In this document: piece after piece, positions 24,046 to 36,959 of the stretch | Position numbering within the stretch: the stretch's first letter is position 1 | Layout of the letters: each line of letters opens with the position of its first letter | Origin: Eledone cirrhosa | Taxonomy: Eukaryota | Direction of reading: 5' to 3' | Assembly (NCBI GenBank): GCA_964016885.1 | Contig: OZ024743.1 | Coordinates: 93,248,001 to 93,312,000 of the forward strand | DNA: 64,000 bases | Notes under the pieces: model-generated | Seen by the model: only the letters and a program-made list of their open reading frames with translations | Databases searched by the model: none | Told to the model about the DNA's origin: nothing | Made by a program: the position numbers and the translations under genes

Positions 24046-24243
24046 TGCAAGAAGTTACTAAAAAGGTTGGCATCAGGAAGAGCATCTGGCTGTAAAACTT
24101 TACCTCGTAAAGGACCTCCATGATAAATATGAGGTCCACAAAACTAACTACTGTTTTAGCAGGGAAAATGACCTTAAAATCTTGCTGTATTGTTGTATTT
24201 ACTTATGATATCATTTTATAATGAATTGTTTTTTGTTGAAAAG

Positions 24244-24355
24244 GTACCTTAAAAATATTCGGTCAGCAACAGCCATGGAACTTGCTGGAGGATTCCAAGA
24301 TATTGTTGGGTGCAAGAGAGCATTAGAAGATGCATTCTGTGGACTTTATTTCTAA
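24244..24355 (+). CDS. MNAT1: MAT1 last coding exon
   Basis: (G)YLKNIRSATAMELAGGFQDIVGCKRALEDAFCGLYF-TAA is the conserved MAT1 C-terminus. Confidence 0.95.
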
Positions 24356-24421
24356 ATGTACAAAATACTATGCAACATTTAATCATTCAGTGTATTTGTC
24401 TTTTCATTTTGTTGTTATAAT

Positions 24422-24427
24422 AATAAA
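24422..24427 (+). terminator. Candidate MNAT1 poly(A) signal
   Basis: AATAAA ~67 nt after the stop codon; a second lies at ~24520. Confidence 0.45.
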
Positions 24428-25780
24428 AAAAAACAAGGAAATTATTTTCTATATCATAAATTAATATATCTGTAATGTTTACTTATCTGACATAACACAT
24501 CATATCTTGTCTCTTTATTAATAAACTGAAACTGTGGCCATCATTTGTAATCAAATATATCATAATAGCATATATCATTCTTTCGCTAAGGGTCTTTACA
24601 GCCACAAGCTAACATCCTCTCAGCTCTCCCTCCTTTCATGTCACTCAACAGTCATAAGCTGACGTAAACATCCTCTCAACTCTCCCTCTTTTCATGACAC
24701 TAAACATCCCAGGATGTGATAGCTGGAAGGAGAGAAGACTGTACCAGTAATGGGTTGGTACTTTATTTATCAACCCTGAAAGTATGAAAGATAAATTGGA
24801 CCTTAGTGGGATTTGAATTCAGAATGCCGAGAGCCATAACAAATATTCAATGTTTCAAAGACTCTGCTAAATCAACTGTCTTATTAATAGTACTTGCTAA
24901 TACTATTAATATGGATGTCCCTTAATCAGATCTGCCAGGACAGCCTATTATCTGCATCAATGGAAAATGAAAGACAGCCCAGCATGTGAATGTAGGGATC
25001 CTGACCAGACAGTACTGTATGTTGTTCAGGATTGTCTCCTCAGACATTTTCCCGGCAATCCATAATGCTGCAAATGACACCGCTTTACTCTGGCTTTCTA
25101 TAACTATTGTGCCTATGTCATAGGATAAGAAGTACTATTAATAGTACTAACTATTGTTCTTACTTTTAAATATGTAGTGATGGAGACACTAAATACCTTC
25201 TTCAACCACTTGTTCTTGAGAGGGCTGAGGAGGAAAAGTCCTCAAAAGCTCCTTCCAGCAGGTTCTTTCTCCACTGGATCCCCAAGCAAGACCAGCTGAA
25301 CTCATGGATGTTATTCAACTATCTTGCTATGGGTCTACTGCCAATTAGTTTTGCCTGTAAAATCTGTCCAGCAATACTATTCTAAGGCATTCTAACCATA
25401 CGTCTGTAATATCAGAGCTGGGACTTGCTCTACCTGGAGTGACTGATCTCTGAGCTACATACTTGATAATGTTAATCCAAGGACCCTTCGGAGGAACCCA
25501 CGGGGTTACATGACCCAAGCACTGAAGATTGTATCTTCATGTAGTGGTAGTATTGAAAATTATGTGGGAGCCTCTACATGATTGTTTAACCTGCTAGAAA
25601 CATCAGCTGAATCTTCTTCAAATCAGAAAGAGAAAAAGAGACAGGTACTGGTGCAATTTATCATGTTACCAGCACCAAGGAGGTTATGTTTTTAACATGA
25701 TTGAACAGTCTTCTTATTTACAAGATGTTATTTTTGTTTCATAAAACATTTCCAAAGTGATTTTTCATTTAAATATTTTT

Positions 25781-25786
25781 TTTATT
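25781..25786 (-). terminator. Candidate RPUSD4 poly(A) signal
   Basis: AATAAA on the - strand ~30 nt after the stop codon. Confidence 0.45.
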
Positions 25787-25816
25787 AAATTAACAAGTGA
25801 TATATATATTTGTACA

Positions 25817-26008
25817 TTATTTGTACACTCTAAGTTTCAAACTTTTCATGTTCTTCCGGAAATGGTATGGTAAATTTGCAGTTATGAAGAGATTTTTACC
25901 ATCAAGTAGTTGCGGGAGTATTATTGATTTTGAATGAAGATGCATTGGTATATACCGTGCTTTAGATTGTCGGACATGCAGGCGTTCTAATATTGCTGGA
26001 AACAGACG
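25817..26008 (-). CDS. RPUSD4: RPUSD4 coding exon 9 (last)
   Basis: RLFPAILERLHVRQSKARYIPMHLHSKSIILP...*; QSKARYIPxHLH is typical of RPUSD4. Confidence 0.9.
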   Translation of the reverse strand, partial: RLFPAILERLHVRQSKARYIPMHLHSKSIILPQLLDGKNLFITANLPYHFRKNMKSLKLRVYK

Positions 26009-27124
26009 CTGAAAAGAGAACAAAATAATGGTGTTAGAGTTGGAATATGAAAACTTGGTTTATATTGTTCATAATTTTCAACAAGACGGCAAATTGGCAT
26101 TGTCAATAGAACATCAGATAGAATGATTTGTAGTATTCATTCCAACTCTCTGAGTAAAAATCCTGACATCCTTTCAAGGTCAATAAAAAAAGTACCAGTC
26201 TAGTACTGGGATTGATCCTTCCTCTATATCTCTTTTTCTGGAAGAAATCTGCTGTATTCAGACCTGGAGAGGGGATGAGCTCTGCCAGGTATAAAAATGC
26301 CTTAAGAAACACCATATGTATGGAATTTTTTAACCCTTTCCTGATTGCATTTCTAATAAAATACAATCTATTTTAGTGAAGAATTTTGAGGGATTTACTA
26401 AGATAGTAATTTAATATAAGCAGGTTCTTATATAAAATTATGTTGGAAGATTTTAATTTAAAATGGGTTGTTTTATTTCATAGAACCAGAGCTGGTTTTG
26501 GCCAGATTGATAAGATAGGAACTTCATGTAAGGTTCTTATATAAAATTATGTTTGATGATTTTAATTTAAATTGGAAACCTTTAAAAACCAGAGCCAGAT
26601 TAGTAACTAAAGGGTTAAATATTATGGTCCAAATACTAACTTAATAATGAAACAGGCAACATAACCATCCCCAAATATAACAATATGTTTCAATGCACGA
26701 TTTTACATCAAGAATCTTGCAACACATACATAAACAGAAAAAATAGTTAATATAGTAAATCACCCTAAATTATTGATTAAAACAGACAGGCAGTATATTA
26801 GAAATATGTTTGTAAAAGGGTTAAGTACATGGCTTAGTGGTTAGAAAATTTAATTTGCAATTGTGAGGATGCAAGTTCAATTCCTGAACTGGGTGATTCG
26901 TTATGTCCTTGAGCAAGACACTTTATTTCCAGTTTGATTAGTTCCATCCCACTCGGTAAGCTATTGAGGTCTGGAATCTCATCAATCAATAAAAATCAAA
27001 ACAAAAGAAAACATGTAAGTACATGTTTTATCCACATGTTCTCAATAATATAACAGATCATTATGAAGTGTTTAACTATATTTCCTTAAGTCTTACATAA
27101 AAAAAAAAGAGAAAATGTTATTAC

Positions 27125-27222
27125 CTGAGGAGCCAGTTTGTTAATATGTGAATATTTGTGGTCGCCAATAATAGGTGTGTTCAGACCAAATGCTAAATGA
27201 ACTCGGATTTGATGCTTCACAC
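27125..27222 (-). CDS. RPUSD4: RPUSD4 coding exon 8
   Basis: 98 bp exon encoding (G)VKHQIRVHLAFGLNTPIIGDHKYSHINKLAPQ (RluA motif III). Confidence 0.93.
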
Positions 27223-28339
27223 CTGAAAAAGTATCAGTTTATAAAATTAACAGTTAAAGTCCAAAGGCTTAATCAGGCCAGTACTTTCATGTGGAGTTGA
27301 GTGACAGAATATAAAATTTTCCCCTGGACAGGACAGGACACCAGTCCACTGTAGGGTTGAAGTCTGTCCAAATCCCAAAGGCTCATCAGGCCAGAGCTTC
27401 TAGTTTCATTTGTGTCAAATGACTGAGTTCAAGACTCTTCCCTGGACAGGACACCAGTCCATCACATGGTTAGTATGATATAGGTTATAAATGTTGATTT
27501 ACATCAACTGGGAGGTAGTGAAACATATATGCTCACTTAGACATCTAATGTTAACATACGTATGTTCTACTAGATATGTAATGTTAACATGTATATTCTA
27601 CTGGATGTGTAATGTTAATATGTATGTTATGTTGGGTGTGTAATGTTAATGTGTATGTGCTACTTGATGTGTATGTTGTGCTCGATGTGTAATGTTAATG
27701 TGTATGAATGACAGCAAGAGTGAGCTTAGAGAAAAGCTGAGTATGAGAAATGTAGAGTGTAAAAGAAAGGTTTACACTTGTATGAAGGTGTAGTGTGTAA
27801 GGAGAGCGAGAGATGTATAAGAGATGTAGTGTGTAAAAGAAAAGTCTGCACTTGTACCAGGGTGCTGAAAAGTTCCTGGAATAAAAGAAAATACAAGAGG
27901 ATCAGTTAATTATGATTTTATTCCACATAATTCCCCTTTCAGATTCACACACTCATTGCAGCGGTCCTACCTCCCCTGTAAAGGTACCAGCTCTACCCTT
28001 AAGCCAGGAACTTTACAGCACCCCAGTATGAAAGAGTGGTGTCTAAGGAGAACAAGAAATGTAGTGTATGAAGGTTTAGTGTGTGTAAGGAGAGCGAGAG
28101 CTGTATAAAATGGTACAGAACACAAATGGAACCTGTAGACGATGGGGACTATGGAGTATATGAGATGAAGTTGTGAAGAATGACTTCAAGAAACTGCCAA
28201 AATATGGAGAATACAAGCTAGGTGTGATTTGTTTTGACAATATCTTTCTTGTCTCAGACTGTAATGGACTTTCCAACCCATGTTAACATGGAAAATGAAT
28301 GAAGGAGGAGGCTAGATCGATTTCAAGAGAATGACTTAC

Positions 28340-28481
28340 CAGTCTTTGGCTGACATTCCACTAAAGCACTTTCAAATGAACTACACAACACTTTATACTC
28401 AGTCACAGCTTCAGTTCGTTTCACAGAACTCTTCTTCATTATATTTCTAGTTTTTTCAGTGTAGTCCGGTTTTAGAACCAT
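28340..28481 (-). CDS. RPUSD4: RPUSD4 coding exon 7
   Basis: 142 bp exon encoding MVLKPDY...EAVTEYKVL...ALVECQPKT(G). Confidence 0.92.
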
Positions 28482-28632
28482 CTAATAGAAATAACAGAAT
28501 AAAAAACAAACAGAACAGAATAGTCAGTCTCTGATAAGAATAAGAGAATAAAAAACGAACAGAACAGACTAGGTATTTACCACACAACATTGATAGTAAG
28601 AACAGTACAACCTCATCATCATCATCACTTAA

Positions 28633-28835
28633 CTCTTTAGCATTCACATTACTTCATATTTACTATTGTATTTTTACAGAAAAGGCTTTATCTCATATAA
28701 TATCGAATCTATGAGATTTTGATAATATTTATTTTCAATAAATTAACATCAGTATGAGTGGCCAGTTACGACCGGTTTGAACAGAAAGAGGTGAGAGAAT
28801 TCTGGCTGGATATGGCCAGTTTAAATGCTAAACAG
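28633..28835. mobile_element. TTAA-type (piggyBac-like) MITE, decayed
   Basis: TTAA CTCTTTAGCATT...AATGCTAAA termini; homologous to 46669-47084. Confidence 0.55.
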
Positions 28836-29809
28836 TAAACATTCATTTTCCACACTTGCATGGGTTAGATGGGTTGTCGCGTTATGAGACAAGTCAGGTC
28901 AGGGGACCACTCTAGCCTATACAGATCAGTATTTTGGCTTGTGTTCTACAACTGGATGCCCTTCCTAATACCAACCACACACTATTAAAATAATTGGTTA
29001 AGCCGATATGTTCACTATAAACATATAGAACATGTAAAATATTGAATGAGATGGCTGTGTGGTTAAGAAGTTTACTTTGCAACTATGTGGTTCTGGGTTC
29101 AGTCCCACAGTGTGGCACTTCAGACAAGTGTCTTCTGTTATGACCTCAGGTTGACCAATGCCTTATGTGTAGAATTTACATACATCCAGCTGTAGAAAAC
29201 TTGCCAAACAAAGGGTTGGGAGGACCCTTTAGTTGTATCAAGGACATGACAACCTCCCTGCTGTTGGTGATTTACACAATAAATGCACCCAGTGCACGCT
29301 GTAAAGTGGTTGGTTATAGGAAGGGCTTCCAGCCATAGAAAGTTTGCCAAACAAAGGGTTGGTGTGACCTTTCAATTGTGTCAAGGACATGAGAACCTCC
29401 CTGGTGTTGGTGATCTATACGATAAATGCACCCAGTACATGCTGTAAAGTGGTTGGTATTAAGGACATCCAACTGTAGAAAGTATGCCAAAACTGGAATG
29501 TATGTAATCGAGGTGGCCCCAACCCATGCCAACATTGAAACACACTTTAAATGATGATGATATATTTATCATACTTGACCCTCTTAATAACGTATTTCTA
29601 ATGAAATATACTCTATTTCAATTAATTAATGAAGAATTATTAATTATTTCATTACTAAGAGAGTAACTTAATGTAAGGTTCTTATATAAAATTATGTTGG
29701 AAGATTTTAATTTAAATTAGAAACGTTTAAAATGGGTGGTTATATTTCATAGAACCAGAGACAGTTTTGGCCAAGTTTGTAACTTAAGGTTTAATTAATT
29801 AAAACTTAC

Positions 29810-29859
29810 CCTAGATTTCCCATCAACTGTTCCTTCAGCAACTGGGATATCAATTAGAC
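29810..29859 (-). CDS. RPUSD4: RPUSD4 coding exon 6
   Basis: 50 bp exon encoding (G)LIDIPVAEGTVDGKSR; phases are consistent. Confidence 0.88.
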
Positions 29860-30347
29860 CTTGACAAAGATAAAGAGAAAAGTTTAAAAACAATACAAGT
29901 AGAGAAAATGTCACAACAGAAAGTTATAACCTCACCCAACATCAAAATTAAAGTAAAGAAATACAACAAACCTAAGATCCACCACACAAAGTACAATTAT
30001 TCAGCTACAAAATCTCTTCTTCACTCACTTATTCCTGAGAGGGTCGTGGAGGCAGAGTCTTCAAGCACTCCTTGCAGTGGGTCCTCTCAGAAGCATCTGT
30101 CTCCAATTGATGCGTCTGGATCCCCAAGCGTGACCAGCCAAGCTCATGGATGTTATCCAACCATCTTGCTCAGGGGCAGCCCCTGGCTCTCCTACCGGGT
30201 GGTTTTGTCCAGTGGTTCTTTTCTGAGACATTCTAACCACATGTACCATAGTATCGGAGCTGTGATCTCTCAATTCAGAGAAGTAGGGACTCTACCTGGA
30301 CTCACACTCTCATCTCCGAGCTTTTTTTGCACCAGGATTACACTATG

Positions 30348-31628
30348 ATTACATACACATACACCAGGTTTATATACACATACCAGGTTTATATACACAT
30401 ACCAGGTTTATATACACATACCAGGTTTATATACACATACACCAGGTTTATATACACATACACCAGGTTTATATACACATATACCAGATTTATATACACA
30501 TATACCAGGTTTATATACACATACACCAGGTTTATATACACATACCAGGTTTATATACACATACACCAGGTTTATATACACATACACCAGGTTTATATAC
30601 ACATATACCAGATTTATATACACATATACCAGATTTATATACACATACACCAGGTTTATATACACATACACCAGATTTATATACACATACACCAGGTTTA
30701 TATACACATACACCAGGTTTATATACACGTATACCAGATTTATATACACATATACCAGGTTTATATACACATATACCAGATTTATATACACATATACCAG
30801 ATTTATATACACATATTCCAGGTTTATATACACCAGATTTATATACACATATACCAGGTTTATATACACATATACCAGATTTATATACATATATACCAGG
30901 TTTATATACACATATACCAGGTTTATATACACGTACACCAGGTTTATATACACATACACCAGATTTATATACAAATACACCAGATTTATATACACATACA
31001 CCAAATTTATATACACATATACCAGGTTTATATACAGATATACCAGATTTATATACACATATACCAGGTTTATATACACACCAGATTTATATACACATAT
31101 ACCAGATTTATATACACGTAAACCAGATTTATATACACATATACCAGGTTTATATACACATATACCAGATTTATATACACATAACAGATTTATATACACA
31201 TTCACCAGATTTATGTACAGATATACCAGGTTTATATACACATATACAAGGTTTATATACACATATACCAGATTTATATACACATATACCAGATTTATAT
31301 ACACATACACCAGGTTTATATACACATACCAGGTTTATATACACATACACCAGGTATATATACACATATACCAGATTTATATACACATACACCAGGTTTA
31401 TATACACATACACCAAATTTATATACACATACACCAGATTTATATACACATATACCAGATTTATATACACATACACCAGATTTATATACACATATACCAG
31501 ATTTATATACACATACACCAGGTTTATATACACATAAACCAGGTTTATATACACATACACCAGGTTTATATACATATACACCAGGTTTATATACACATAC
31601 CAGATTTATATACACATATACCAGATTT
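30348..31628. repeat. 21 bp minisatellite TTTATATACACATATACCAG(G/A), block 1
   Basis: Direct periodicity with 19 bp variants. The same unit continues at 33859-35190, 36421-36675 and 40200-40410, and in diverged form to ~41295. Confidence 0.95.
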
Positions 31629-33858
31629 CATCATCATCATCATCATCATCAGGTTTAGCGTCCGTGTTCCACGCTTGCATGGGTTTGGACGGGGGTTTTC
31701 CCACTTGAGGCAAGAGTGGTTGTCTTGCTCGCATAGGACTGTCTGGCAGGTTTTCTACAGTTGGATGCCCTTCCTAACACCAACCACATTTACAGTGTGG
31801 GTCTGGGAGGTTTTTACCGTGTTGCCTACACGGCCACATTTACAGCGTGGACTGTGTGTTTTTTTGTCGTGACACCTACACGATCTCATTTGTTTCGGCC
31901 TGGATGTTGTGGGACCAACATAACTTTACATTGAACGGGGTGGTGTGGATGGGGTGGAGGTGGTGGGACGGGGGTGTGTTTTGATAGAGATGCCTACTGA
32001 CTGTAGTAGGTTTTACTTTGTATTTAGGTAAGGCGGGTCTTCTCTATTACTGAGTACCGCCAAAGGTCTCGGTCCAGTGACATTGTCTTGGAGAGGTGTA
32101 AGCGTGTGAGGTCGGAATTTATCATGTCGTCCCAGGTTTTTCTGGGTCTGCCTACTCCGTGGCTACTGTCTATCTTTATTGCCCTGCACTTTGTTATACA
32201 GCTGTTGTCTTTCATGCGCATCACGTGACCGTACCAACATAGCCTTCTCTCGAGTAAACAACATCTGATCCCTCTTATTTCTAATTTTTTCCTTAGTTCG
32301 TTTATGCTTAGCCGTTCACGTATATTACTATTGCACATCCAGCGGAGCATGCAAGCTTCGTTCCTCTCTAGTCTGCGTATATCCTCTGCACACAATGCCC
32401 AGGTCTCACTGCCATGCATCATTGCTGTTCGTATGCAGGCATCGTATAACCTGCCTTTCATTTTTAGGGAGAACCCTCTAGCGGCTAATAGTGGTATAAG
32501 CTCTCTGAACTTTTTCCATCCAGTTCTGACTCTAGCTACTGTACTTTCAGAGCACCCTCCCCCACTGCTGATTTTGTCACCCAGGTAACGGAAGCTGTCC
32601 ACTATTTCTATAGAACCCTCTGTGCAGTTGAAGGAGCTAGTATTTTGTGGGCACTTGCTGCTACTTATTGTACCAGAGCACCGGCCACATGTAAAATCTA
32701 TGTTCTTAGTTAGCTTACCTGTGATCCCACTACATCTTTTATGCACCCATACTTTGCATTTGGGACATAAAATGGAGTTTCTACCTACGACTTTCCTACA
32801 CACTGAGCATGGCCATTTCCCAGATGGGACTGCCGCCTTATTTTCTTTCCTACAAACTAGAACTTTAGTCTTAGCCAGGTTAATTTTAAGGCCTTTTGAT
32901 TCTAGGCCGTGCTTCCATGTTTGGAATTTCTTCTCTAGTTCGGTCATTGATTCAGCTATGAGCGTTAGATCATCTGCGTATAGGAGTTCCCATGGGCAGC
33001 CGGTCTTGAACTCCTCTGTTATAGCCTGAAGGGCAATAATAAATAGTAGGGGGCTAAGAATGGAGCCCTGATGGACACCAACTTTTACGTTAAACTCTTC
33101 ACTATATTCGTTGTTAATTCTAACCTTACTGACTGTTTCTTTATACATGGCTTGTATAGCTCTCACAAGCCATTCGTCAACACCTAGTTTTCTAAGAGAC
33201 CACCAGATAATGGAACGGGGGACTCTGTCGAAGGCTTTCTCCAAGTCGATGAAAGCTAAGTATAGGGGTTTACTTTTAGCTAGGTACTTCTCCTGTAGTT
33301 GTCGTACAATGAAAAGAGCGTCTGTGGTACTTTTGCCTGACACAAACCCGAACTGCATTTCATCTAGATCAATTCTCTCTCTGATTAGTTGCGCTATTAC
33401 TTTTTCCGTGACCTTCATGACCTGGTCGATTAATTTAATGCCTCTATAGTTACTCCTATCTAGGGCATCTCCTTTTCCCTTATAGCAGTTAACGATGATG
33501 CTGCTACGCCAGTCCTTCGAAACAACCCCATTCTGTACGACTTGGTTAACTATTCGGGTGACCATGGTGTGTCCCACCGAACCAGATGCCTTCAGCATCT
33601 CAGCAACTATTTCCGAAGGACCAGCCGCCTTACCCGTCTTCATATCTTTGATTGCCTTGCTTATTGTACTACTCTGGACTAACACTGCTGGTCCCTCTAT
33701 TGGGTCGATGTGGGGGAGACTGTCTTTCTCCCATTTGTTCTCCTCATTTAGAAGCCTTTCGTAGTGACACTTCCAAGCTACCTTCTTATCAGCGTCGGTG
33801 ATGGCAAGTATGCCATCATCGTTAAGTACACACTTCTCCCCGACAATATCACGGTTTT
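31629..33858 (-). mobile_element. RTE LINE family B, 5'-truncated, intact RT reading frame
   Basis: The frame is open from NRDIVGEKC to EKTRLT*, includes the PHD insert, and ends in a (CAT)n tail. It is embedded in the 21 bp minisatellite. Confidence 0.93.
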
Positions 33859-35190
33859 TTATATACACATATACCAGGTTTATATACACACCAGATTTAT
33901 ATACACATATACCAGGTTTATATACACACACTAGATTTATATACACATACACCAGGTTTATATACACATAAACCAGGTTTATATACACATATACCAGATT
34001 TATATACACATATACCAGGTTTATATACACATATACCAGGTTTATATACACATATACCAGGTTTATATACACATATACCAGATTTATATACACATACACG
34101 TGATTTATATACACATACACCAGATTTATATACAAATATACCAGATTTATATACACATATACCAGGTTTATATACACATATACCAGATTTATATACACAT
34201 ATACCAGGTTTATATACACATACCAGGTTTATATACACATACCAGGTTTATATACACATACCAGGTTTATATACACATATACCAGATTTATATACACATA
34301 TACCAGATTAATATACACATATACCAGGTTTATATACACACCAGATTTATATACACATATACCAGATTTATATACACATACACCATGTTTATATACACAT
34401 ATACCAGGTTTATATACACATATACCAGGTTTATATACACATATACCAGATTTATATACACATATACCAGGTTTATATACACATACACCAGATTTATATA
34501 CACATATACCAGATTTATATACACATTACCAGGTTTATATACACATATACAGAATTTATGTACACATATACCAGGCTTATATACACATACACCAGAATTA
34601 TATACAAATACACCAGATTTATATACACATACACCAGATTTATATACACATATACCAGGTTTCTATACACATATACCAGATTTATATACACATATACCAG
34701 GTTTATATACACACCAGATTTATATACACATACACCAGGTTTATATACACATATACCAGGTTTATATACACATATACCAGATTTATATACACATATACCA
34801 GGTTTATATACACACACACCAGATTTATATACACATAACAGATTTATATACACATTCACCAGATTTATGTACACATATACCAGGTTTATATACACATATA
34901 CCAGGTTTATATACACATATACCAGATTTATATACACATACACCAGGTTTATATATACATATACCAGGTTTATATACACATATACCAAATTTATATACAC
35001 ATACACCAGGTTTATATACACATATACCAGGTTTATATACACATATACCAGGTTTATATACACATATACCAGGTTTATATACACATACACAAGGTTTATA
35101 TACACATACACCAGGTTTATATACACATACACCAGATTTATATACACATACACCAGATTTATATACACATACCAGGTTTATATATACATA
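33859..35190. repeat. 21 bp minisatellite, block 2
   Basis: Same unit as 30348-31628. Confidence 0.95.
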
Positions 35191-36421
35191 TAAAGTTCTA
35201 GTTTGTAGGAAAGAAAATAAGGCGGCGGTCCCTTCCGGGAAATGGCCATGCTCAGTGTGTAGGAAAGGCATAGGTAGAAACTCCATTTTATGTCCCAAAT
35301 GCAAAGTATGCGTGCATAAAAGATGTAGTGGGATCACAGGTAAGCTAACTAAGAACATAGATTTTACATGTGGCCGGTGCTCTGGTGCAATAAGTAGCAG
35401 CAAGTGCCCACTAAATACTAGCTCTTTCAATTGCGCAGAGGGTTCTATAGAAATAGTGGACAGCTTCCGTTACCTGGGTGACAAAATCAGCAGTGGGGGA
35501 GGGTGCTCTGAAAGTACAGTAGCTAGAGTCAGAACTGGGTGGAAAAAGTTCAGAGAGCTCATACCACTATTAGCCGCTAAAGGGTTCTCCCTAAAAATGA
35601 AAGGCAGGTTATATGATGCCTGCATACGAACAGCAATGCTGCATGGCAGTGAGACCTGGGCATTGTGTGCAGAGGATATACGCAGACTAGAGAGGAACGA
35701 AGCTTGCATGCTCCGCTGGATGTGCAATAGTAATATACGTGAACGGCTAAGCATAGACGAACTAAGGAAAAAATTAGAAATAGGAGGGATCAGATGTTGT
35801 TTACTCGAGAGAAGGCTACGTTGGTATGGTCACGTGATGCGCATAAAAGACGATAGCTGTATAACAAAGTGCAGGGCAATAAAGATAGATGGTAGCCACG
35901 GAGTAGGCAGACCCAGAAAAACCTGGGACAACATGATAAATTCCAACCTCACACGCTTACACCTCTCCAAGACAATGTCACTGGACCGAGACCTTTGGCG
36001 GTACTCAGTAATAGAGAAGACCCGCCTTACCTAAATACAAAGTAAAACCTACTACAGTCAGTAGGCATCTCTATCAAAACACACCCCAGTCCCACCACCC
36101 CCACCCCATCCACACCGCCCCTTTCAATGTAAAGTTATGTTGGTGCCACAACATCCAGGCTGAAACAAATGAGATCGTGTAGGTGTCACGACAAAAAAAC
36201 ACACAGTCCACGCTGTAATGTGGCCGTGTAGGCAACACGGTAAAAACCTCCCAGCCCCACACTGTAAATGTGGTTGGTGTTAGGAAGGGCATCCAGCTGT
36301 AGAAAACCCGCCAGACAGTCCTATGCGAGCAAGACAATCACTCTTGCCTCAAGTGGGAAAACCCCCGTCCAAACCCATGCAAGCGTGGAACACGGACGTT
36401 AAACGTTGATGATGATGATGA
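35191..36421 (+). mobile_element. RTE LINE family B, 5'-truncated
   Basis: KVLVCRKENK...PHD...EKTRLT*, 3'UTR and (GAT)n tail. It is inverted relative to 31629-32870. Confidence 0.92.
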
Positions 36422-36959
36422 TATACCAGATTTATATACACATATGCCAGGTTTATATACCCATAAACCAGGTTTATATACACATATACCAGGTTTATAT
36501 ACACATATACAAGATTTATATACACATATGCCAGGTTTATATACCCATAAACCAGGTTTATATACACATATACCAGATTTATATACACATACACCACGTT
36601 TATATACACATATACCAGGTTTATATACACATATACCAGGTTTATATACACATATACCAGGTTTATATACACATATCTCTCTCTCTATGATGGCTACCCT
36701 CTCTCTATCTATCTCTAAGCCACCTATTACCTCCCGTTCCCTCTTCACCCATTCCTCCTCACTTATCTTGAAGTTATTAAAGAGATAAGACACACTCTAC
36801 TCTGAAAGGCTAAAATGAATCACTAGAGTTGATTTAGCTACGTTCCAGTCATCCATCCATACAAATCTTGTCAGGTATTTCAGCTACCACAACACATTTA
36901 TTTTGTTATCCTCATTTTCCCCTACCATGCTGACTCTCTACCTGTCTATTTTACCATCA

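Noticed and set aside
30327-35193. Long ORFs of YINLVYV / YQVYIHI / TRFIYTY repeats, some fused to RT
   Set aside because: These are translations of a stop-poor 21 bp minisatellite. The fusions to RT are chance in-frame junctions with truncated RTE copies.
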